Below are positions 54,271 through 64,000 of a DNA stretch of 64,000 nt, piece by piece; position 1 is the first letter of the stretch, and each line of letters begins with the position of its first letter. The position numbers and the translations under genes are program-made. Origin of the DNA: Eledone cirrhosa (lineage: Eukaryota). The notes under the pieces were generated by a model, which had not been told where the DNA came from, did not search any database, and was given only the letters and a program-made list of their open reading frames with translations. Location: the NCBI GenBank assembly GCA_964016885.1, contig OZ024743.1, positions 259,346,001-259,410,000 of the forward strand, written 5' to 3'.

Positions 54271-55030
54271 CAAACATATATATATATATATATGTATGTA
54301 TGGCGTTAACAAAAGTGAATCAATATTGCCAATTGATAATATTTTGAAGCTCAATTTATTTATCTCATTGTAGATAGATATATAGAAGAGTTGTTGTTTA
54401 ATAAAAGACGATATGTGACAAATAATACTACAGGGTATATACAATAAATTACAATGATAAAATATATTTATTAAACTATTTAATTGCCTTAGAAAGTTTC
54501 AATACAAGTTATTTAACTGATGCTTATGTTATAACAATTTAATAAAAACAGGAAAAATATATTAAGTACATCTTCAAATTAATTATGAATGATTATATAA
54601 TGAATTGGTAAGCAGCAAGCGCCAAAGAAAAGATGGTTGTTTATTGTGGCTAATTGTTGAGGCTTATTACTCGGGAATGTCGTCTGTGAACTCAGTATCA
54701 ACAGAAACTAAATTTTCAATAACTGTAACAGTATAAATAAGGAAAGACTCAAGGGTAGAGTATGAGGGACGGGGAGATGGGGAGGATAGATGTTCTTGAA
54801 TGGGTCTCTAAGAAGGGAAGGAAGGGAGTTGCGTAAAGAGAAAGGCAAAGACAAGGAAGTAAAAAAAAGGAACTACGAGAAATATAAAAAAAACTACGGA
54901 CATGGTATGTGCGGAGACAAACCACAACCCCCCATCTCAATTTTACATTCGAAAATCTAAAAACTGCGAAACTGGTAAATAAATATTCTTAAAAGACTCC
55001 AGTTGCATTTTCAATTTCCTTTCTTTATAT

Positions 55031-55560
55031 ATATATATACATATTTCACTGAGGACTATCAGTTATGACAGCCTCAGCTCTTCAGACAGCGAAGCCTGAA
55101 ATAAACATGAAAGTTCTCACGAAAATTTAAAGTTTGGAAAAATCCAATAATTTCCCCCCAAAATTGTTCTTTTCATGATACAGGGAGCCAGCTGAACGCG
55201 TGGTGTTGTTTCTTCGACGGCCTCCCCCTTTCTTGGGGGGGGGGGGGGGGGGTTATTGAATTTTTCCAAATTTAAAGTTTCTTAAGAACTTTCTTCAATG
55301 TTTATTTTAGGTTTCGCCGTCTGAAGAGCTCAGGCTATCATAACTGATAGTCCTCAGTGAAATATGTATAACGGAGTTTTAAATAAACCTGAATCAACTG
55401 AATTTAGCTTCCGATCTTTTGTTAATATATAATGCTCCGACTTGCACCATTTATACAGGTCTTTGAGCGCTTTTTTTTATCTGCTTTGCAACCGACAGAC
55501 CATAATATGGTCCGCACAACTCTGCTCGGTTGACCCCTCCCATGCTCTTTCTCTCTCTGT

Positions 55561-55565
<5 letters not shown>
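55031..55565 (+). mobile_element. Older fold-back HHR element (arms ~55031-55162 / 55232-55370) plus tail
   Basis: Diverged inverted arms between (TA)n tracts. Confidence 0.75.
55317..55374 (+). ncRNA. Type I hammerhead ribozyme (mirror copy on the - strand at ~55035-55090)
   Basis: ccgt-CTGAAGA-gctcagg-ctatca-taac-tgatag-t-cctcagt-GAAA-t-atgt-a-TA-acgg. AUA site at 55370. Confidence 0.85.
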
Positions 55566-55652
<87 letters not shown>

Positions 55653-55685
55653 TTATATACACATACAGACACACACTCACGCACG

Positions 55686-55941
55686 CACAGCTCCGATACT
55701 ATGGGCATGTGGTTAGAATGTCTTAGGAATGAATCGCTGGATAGACTTTACGGGCAAAACCAACTGGCAAGAAACCCTGGTGTGGACCCTGAGCAACATG
55801 GTTGGATAACATTGGCTGGTCTCACTTAGCGAACCAGCCGGATCAGTTTGAGACAGTTGCTTCCGGCAGGACCCATTGAAAGGAGTGTTTGAGAATTCTT
55901 CCCCCATGACACTCTCAGGAATAAGTGGGCGAAGAAGAAGA

Positions 55942-55943
<2 letters not shown>
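55686..55943 (+). mobile_element. LINE 3' end with (GAA)n tail
   Basis: [12 protein letters not shown]...[17 protein letters not shown]. Related to 59135-59290. Confidence 0.75.
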
Positions 55944-55995
<52 letters not shown>

Positions 55996-56949
55996 AGTAA
56001 GTATGTTTTGAAACAGTGAGCGAGTTTGAAATTAGAAAATATATAGCTTTCACCGTATTTATATATATATACACATACATATAAATATATATATATACAT
56101 ACACACACACACACTTATATATATATGTATATATACAATCAAAACAGATATTCGCTTTGAAGTTATTGACACCTTCAGAGAATATATATTACATTTCGTT
56201 CACATTTAATATGTGATCATTCAGTTGAAAGTTTTAAACACTAGTATTTAAAACACCCACATAATATACATATATTACGTAGATATAGAAACAAAAACAA
56301 TAAAAACTGCCTTTACATGAAGGAGAATAACAGTTATTAACGTTGATATAATAATGTCTGCTATGAAACCGCTTCTCAGAATCTCATTGATAGTGTCATT
56401 CAGATATGAAACCGAATACAAAGACATTATATTATGAATAGCTAATGAAAGATATTGAAAATCATGAAATTTTAAAACACATTCAACTCATTATATACAA
56501 CAGACACACGGTACAATATAAATAAATGAATCGGAGCATGTCCTAGTGGGTAGAGTGATTGAACACTATCATTGGATCGTGGGTTCGATTCCTGGCCCGG
56601 TTGTCGCTTTCTGCTCTTGAGCAGAACACTTCATTCTACGTTGCATTTCATAATACGAGTTGGGGTTACTATCATTAAAACACTCAAGAAAGATTCTATG
56701 AGATGCAACCTGATAGGAGGCCAGCTACACCTGTGTAAGTATGAGCTGTATGAGCAAAATGATATAGCTGAGGGCCATATAAATAAAATGTCAGAGAAAC
56801 GTACAGAATCCACTGCAATATGGCTGGAAACAGAAATGACACCAATATCGCTTCGCTCTTCGTGCGGGATAACAAGGGACGCATTCAGGCAATAGATAGA
56901 GGAGCCCGTTCAAAAGATATATTGCAGTCTCCACCTCAACACTGTAAGA

Positions 56950-59295
56950 ACTGGCGATTGGCCTGCTACATGTACTGGTAGGCGAGGGATGGAAGCACAC
57001 AAGTACGTATCTCGAGACCCTAGAAAGGGCCTGGAAGGGTGCAAACCATGATAAATTTTAATTAGAACGTTACAACCCAACACGTGAATGAGGCTAGATG
57101 CTATCGGTTACATCTAGTCGGGGTTTCCTCAACAAAGTTCCGTGGCTCTGGTACTGTAGATTTGGATGAAGGATAGAAACTCGACGTTTCAGGTGTGGCG
57201 CCAGAAAGAACTGCCCAAGTGTATGCATGGGGACACCCATTGGGAGGCGGGGGGATGTCTATCTGCGCCAAACAGAGAGACCAAATACAGATCCTTCCTC
57301 GATGAACTCACTACAGCGTTAGATGTGGTTAAGACTGTTCCATATATCCTAACTGAAGATTTCAATACACATGTTGGCACTGACTATCTGACAGGGAAAG
57401 GAGTAATTGGACGGAATGACGATCCCGATCTAAATAAGAATGGCGAGACTTTACTAGACCTCTGTTCTAGTAACGAACTCTACTATGAACACTTTCTCCC
57501 AGCGCAAAGACAAGTATAAATACATATAGTATAAAGGGAATCGGGATAAATAATTGATTTTGTCAGTGTACTTGATCCTTTCGATTCTGTGCTGGATGTT
57601 TGTGTTAAAACAGAGGGTGAGTTTTCAACAGATCACTATCTAGATATCTGTAGCCATAGATTACCTAAAGCCAAGAGAGCCCATAATTATTATTGGTCTT
57701 GCTTGACCTGCTGGATAAAGTGGGAAGCACTGGCATTGAAGGAAGTCAGGAACAGGCTTTTGGATACTATTACATTCAAACTCAGATAACTTCTTGAGGA
57801 AGTAGTGCACGGTAAAACGGTGTAGAGAGTCTTCAGCTCGACTGATTCATCGTCAACTGTTAAATACTGCGGATGAAAGCATCTAGGTGTGGTTCTAGGT
57901 GGCAGGAGAATCTCCTGCATCAACCAGGAGGTTAAAGATGCCATCCAACCAAAGAATGAGACTTACAAATGATGGTTCAAAAATAAGTCCTCCGTGTATT
58001 TGCGGTACAAGTAGGCGCAAAACGTCGCAGTAGAAGCAGTAAAGTTGTCCAAATTTAAGATATAAGAGGACTTTGGGATAAGCTAGAATCTGACTTCAGG
58101 TCAGCGAATAAAGGGGTCTTGCATACAATCCACCAACTTCGAAATACGAGATGTTAAAAGCCTTTTGTGTGTGCCGGGTTGCCTGGATTTCTGGAAATTG
58201 GGACTGATAATTACAATCCTTAAAAGGGAATGATGAGGGATTGTTCCATTTAGAGAGGAATCTCATTGTTAACCATTCCCTGTAAAGTCAGTGTTAAATA
58301 TCTGACAAAGAAATATAAGGATATTGTCGAATCCAAGCTAGCCGACCAAATAACCATATTCCGGCAAGTCTTTGAGAAATTGTAGGACTAATTCCAAGAA
58401 GTGTATTCTTGTTTCATAGACCTCGAAAAGGCATACGAGTGCGTTCCACGGGAAGTTTCTGCAAGGATATGGCATCGATGGACATATTTTTGTTGCCCTG
58501 ATGTCTTTATATGAAGCGCTAAAATTTGGGTTCAAATAAATGGTGCTAAGTCGAAACCATTCGATATCGGTGTTAGACTCCACTAAAGGTGCACACAATC
58601 ACTTCTCCTGTTGGTTATCTTCTAGATAGGATTGGCATGCGCAGCCGGGTTGGAAGTGGTGGTATCAGCGCTGGCAGATGTAGCATTAGTCGGCTGGAAT
58701 TTGCGGACAGCAATTACGATTTAACTCGTTTGAAGCTAATGTCTGATATGCACTTAATATGTTTGCTCCCAGAAGCTGCACGGTAGGAATGAAATTATGC
58801 GTTACGAAGACGGAGTCACTCGTCCTCTCAAGGAAGCCTGCGCAGTGTCAACTGAAGCAGTATCTCGGTGCCCATGTTCATGAGTGATGGATGGCAGGAG
58901 ACTGAATTAATTGCAAGAATTGCAGGAGCTGGTGTAGTAATGCGTAAAACTTAGCATTCGATTATCAGAAGCCACACTCACTATCTTCAATTCGGCATTG
59001 GTGCCAACCCTTGTCTATAGTCATTAATCTTGGGTAATGATAGAAAGAATACGATCGCGAATACAAACGGCTGAACTGGGGTTCCTCCGAAATGGTTGGA
59101 GTAACGTTACTCGATAGAGTTCATAGCTGAGAGATTACAGCTCCGATATTACAAATATGTGGTTAGAATGTCTCAGGATAAAAAATCACGACACATTTTA
59201 CGGGCAAAGCCAACTGGCGGGAGACCCATTATATATCTCGAGCCAAATGTTTGGATAACATACTTGAACTCGGCTCGTCTCGCTTGGGATCTATA
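56950..59295 (+). pseudogene. Degraded RTE-type LINE (APE endonuclease plus RT)
   Basis: ILTEDFNTHVG (GDFNA-like), NKNGETLLDLC, STDHYL, RGISLLTIP, CFIDLEKAYECVPR, LEFADS, QLRYY..VVRMS. Many stops. Confidence 0.85.
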
Positions 59296-60421
59296 ATCGT
59301 TCAAGGCCTAGTAATACATCATTCTGGGATCTGCACCATATACAGCTGCCTAGTTGCTCTTAATAGCAACGCTGGTTCAGATCATGAGCTAGCAACAACT
59401 ATGTATTAAGGAAACAACGAAAGCTCAAAGAAAAACAAACCATGAAAAGGCAAATGGTCGAGTTAATACTGTATATTATTCACAAATTACGACCTGCGAG
59501 AAATATGACTCAAATATCCATAAGATTAATCCTGTCTGAAAAAAAGAAGGCCGCATTGTGTATTTTACTTTTCATAGCGAGTCTCTCATGTATTTCTGGT
59601 GCCTGTGTTTATTTTACATATGGTATATTATTCCATATACGCTCCTATACCGAACAACACTATGTTAATGTTATCACCAATATAGTTCAAGATACAGAAT
59701 GACTTGAAGATGGGATACTTCTTCAGGTATAAACATAAACAAATCTAAATGAAAGTAGCGTTGTGTTTTCCGTTTAATATAGAAGATTATTACCTATTTG
59801 TAGAAGTTGCCTCCAAAACCTTGTTATCAAAAGCTTACGTCTCGAGAAACAATTTGCAAAAGATTTACAACTTAACCGAATTCCGAGCTATGCTACTATT
59901 GCAGTAAAGCAGACGCCATTGTATGTGGTTGAACATTGTCATGTTCTTTACGTCTTCTCTACACCTGATTTAAAACCCATACATTAGATAACAGATTTCT
60001 GCAAGTCACTAATTGCGTATAGAACAAACTTCAAGAAACTGCATTCTGTGGCAACACAGCTAACAGAATAGATTAAATTGTCTACTGCACAAACATCTGT
60101 CACTTTCACCTACGAAAGTGCAGTGAAGCAATGATTAGCCTTTTGGTCATTTCCTTGACGTGTTTTACTATGTTCAATAAGCTTATTGCTCACGAATCTG
60201 TTTTACATTGAAATATACATACATACAAACAAAAATCAAATCAAAATTAAGAGAAAAAGAGAACATACATGCATACATCCATACACATATACCCCCCTCC
60301 CCCCACACACGCGCACACGCACACGTACACACACGCACGCACATGCACACACGCACGCACACACACGCACATGCACACACACACAGACACACACACACGC
60401 CAACACACACACACACGTGCC

Positions 60422-60483
<62 letters not shown>

Positions 60484-63400
60484 AAATGCACTTTATAAAT
60501 ATCTATCAATATTACTTTAGGCGTAGAAAATGTTTAATATTACAGATATATGAATCTAGAAAAAAATGCCTCTACATTATCTGCTAGTTAGTGCGAAGCT
60601 CCATAATGTCAAACATCTTCTAGGACAATTTAATCGAATATAGCCCGTCTCTAAAAATGTGCAGCCTTGTACAAATGTGAAAATATTATAAAACATTAAA
60701 AATTCATGTGATCGTTATTCTGATCACCGTAAGGCTTAGGAATTGACATCTGTTAAATGAAAATTGCAATTGTAAGCAATAAACGCTCCGTTATTGAATG
60801 AATATAAAGTAGATGGCATTTTAAATGTCCTATAAAATAATTCTAAATTCGTATTCCCATTGCGCAATAGTTATTAAAATGATGCAGATATAAATTAACT
60901 GAACGGCATGCATTTTAAGTGCATGTAGCTATGCAAATTAGAGAACACTAACATTATATATTTTAGAGAAATATTTTGTTACTATTGAAATATTATGCTT
61001 TGGAATAGCAGTTAAAATCCCCAGAGGAACAAATGCCAGATGATTATATTGAGGCATAAAGTGTTTGGAATGGTAAATGTTTATATCTTCCTAAGCACTA
61101 GTGGAGACAGGATTAATAGTTCGAAAAACATTACAGAATTTAGTATCATCTTTAGAAAGAAATTTGAGATTAAATTGGAATTTCCTTTTCATGCTGTCAG
61201 GATCTATAACTTATTTGTCAATTACTAATTATGTATTAGTGTTAATTACGATTACTATGATTCATCCATACAAAATTTAATACTGTGTCTGGTAAACATA
61301 GTTATATATGTCATTTTATGCAAACACTGTGAAGTAGAAGCAAGTTCCACATAAATAAAATATACAATTAGAGATCCTAGGGTAGCTATCAATTTTAATT
61401 ACACCTATAATTTTCTAATAAAAGATCTGAACGTCACACAATCTTATTCATGTGATCCAGCGAAATGCACATTTGTCTCTAAGAAATAAACCAATATTGT
61501 ATTTTACTATTTTTGATGCCTAAGTATAGGACTATAAGAAATAGATTCCTTTTATATTGTATTCCCTAAATTCAATTATACTTTGTTCGTTTAAAATATT
61601 ATTGTATTCTATAAACCTCAGATATTACATATCTTTCTTAAAACGGTCGATTTGCAGTGTTGTTTGAGTGTCGGATATAATGCGTTGCGATATTTGTTCC
61701 GGCTCTCTGCGATTTGAGTTCACATCCCGCCATGTCAACTTTTTCTTCCATCCATTTGGGGTTGACAAATACCTTCCCTCGATATTCCTCTGGATTGATG
61801 ACAGTAAGCAGTATATATGTGCTCCTACATATTGGGTCGATGACTGTGAGGGAGTTTGTGTGCTCGCGACTACATATGCCCATTAGTAAGGTTTGGTACA
61901 GCTTAGATTATAAGTGATGGCCATAGTTGTATACCTTTATGTGTTGAGAGAAGTACTGTTCACTGATGGAAATTTCATTCAATCCTATAGAAAATACTTC
62001 TTCAAAGCAACAAAGCCCAGATGCATACGTTTGAACTATACAATTTATACACAGTCTTTCTTTTATATCTTAAAACTGTTGAAATGAATTGCTATTCCAG
62101 CCTTTCCACTCTTACCTATTCGTATACAAATTCTTTCACTAGCATGAGCGTTTATTATAATGTAAACTTGAACACTTTTTTATAAATGATATAACCTCTC
62201 TACTGTTAAACACCAATTGACATTGTTTACAAAGCGTACATGATATTTAATATAAACAGAAATAGCGTATAAGTGGTTTAGTACCATGGCCCATATATAT
62301 GCTTATATTTACTAGAAATGGTATAAAAACAATACATACTGCCCTTAACCCCATTAATAAATTATTCTGAAACATCCATTGTAACACCTCCGCTTTTTCT
62401 GCGAGATATTTATCGTGAAAACACAGTAGTTTACATATACTAACATTAGTCACCAACCATGAACGTTTTGAATTCGCGGACAGATTTCTGAAATTTACAA
62501 AGAAAAGAAATGACTAAAAAAGAATAAAAATAAATAAGAAACAGAAGCTATAAATAGAATGATCTTTAAAAAAGTATTTCAATAGTCGTGAAACTTTCTT
62601 GTCAATTATTCTTGTTGATGATTGATGAAATATTAATATGTCTCGGAATTGAATTCTATTAATCAATACAGACATATTCATGTAATGAATCTTTCTTTTG
62701 TGTATCGAAAACTAGCCAGATATTAGAGGTTTAAAAAAAGTAATTTAAATTCCTCTCAGAGACATTTTTAATTGCTTCTATTAAAACAATAATTCTCAGA
62801 AATAGATTCTCGAATTAACAGGATCCATTAGTTTAAATTTTATTTTCATTCTATGCAGAATTATGTAAAAGAAGAAAAGAATATTAATCACCGTCGTGTA
62901 TACCACACCATACCAAATTTATCTTTATAGAAGTTTGAGCTAGACTAGTCCAACTGAAAAATAACTTCATAAAATATATATTTAAATGAAGTTATAGCAG
63001 AAATGAACATGTCGCAAAACACGTCTTTAACAGCTTTTAGTAAATTTCAGTTCCGTCCTAAGTTCAAATCTCACCGATGTAGTGAACTTTTACACAAAAG
63101 CTAAAGGCTATAGATATATTAAAATATAATTTGGAATGAGTTATTCATATATTTATCTGGCTTCATACTGTAAACCTCTATAATACACTCGTTTTTATAA
63201 TAAATGAGATTGCGCATAACTATCATCGTATTTGGGAACCGAACCAACCATGCACACACACACTCACACACTCTCTCTTGTACACACACACACAGGTATA
63301 TATATATATATACATTACTTCACACACCAACTACCATTTATGAATGGACTACTACCCAACGAGAGAAAAGACAGAAAAAACAGCACAAATAATAAGATGC

Positions 63401-63967
63401 TATGCCATTAGAGAGAACAGGTAAAATGAGTATGAGTAAAATAAATATAAGAAAAATAAGAAGAAAAGTAATGAAATAGAAGTTAAAGAATAAATTGAAG
63501 TCTGTTGGTTTAGTCTACATTGTAGATGGATCCACACATATAATTAATTGGGACTAGAATATGTTTAAAGAGTGGAACGGTGTTTTCAAGGAGAAAGTTA
63601 ATTGGAAATTCAGATAAAAATTTCAGATAAAATCATACACAGGAAGAAAATTCGCATGACATTTTTGCACACACACACACACAGACAGACAGACACACAC
63701 ACACACAAACACACACAGACAGACAGACATACACACACACATACACAGGCATACATATACACACACATACACACATACACACACAGAGAGACACACAGAG
63801 GCACACACACACACATATATTTATATATTTATATATGTATCTTTGTATCTATGTGTGTATGTATATATGTATGTAGAAGGTAAACAGAAATAACAAAAAT
63901 AACAAACACAAACGGCACAGTACATGGAGGAAATATATTAGATTAACACTTGAAATAGCAGGAAGGG

Positions 63968-64000
63968 AGTCTTAATGTTTCGGACACTAGTCCTTCATCA
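63968..64000 (-). ncRNA. Minimal hammerhead cut by the window edge
   Basis: Reverse complement reads (C)TGATGA-a-ggac-tagt-gtcc-GAAA-cat-TA-agac. C3 and the 5' strand of stem I lie beyond the window. Confidence 0.7.

Noticed and set aside
56535-56600. tRNA gene-like A/B boxes
   Set aside because: It continues into a SINE body and does not form a full cloverleaf, so it is a SINE head.

Overview
This is AT-rich eukaryotic DNA packed with microsatellites ((TA)n, (CA)n, (GA)n, (TACA)n). The repeat content resembles an octopus or other coleoid genome, which is an inference. I find no host protein-coding exon, and most ORFs in the track are microsatellite read-throughs. The real coding remnants are all dead retroelements: RTE-type LINEs, Tx1/L1-type LINE 3' ends, and Penelope-like elements (RT plus GIY-YIG). 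There are also many SINEs, Helentron-like non-autonomous elements and a pogo-like MITE. The main signal is non-coding: about 20 type I hammerhead ribozyme (HHR) motifs, from intact to degenerate, in roughly ten unrelated sequence contexts. Most sit inside fold-back (palindromic) or tandem-plus-inverted insertions in (TA)n tracts. Examples are a 1.28 kb near-perfect hairpin, a ~434 bp retrozyme-like tandem unit and an element with two different HHRs in series. All structures were read by eye, with no folding or database search.
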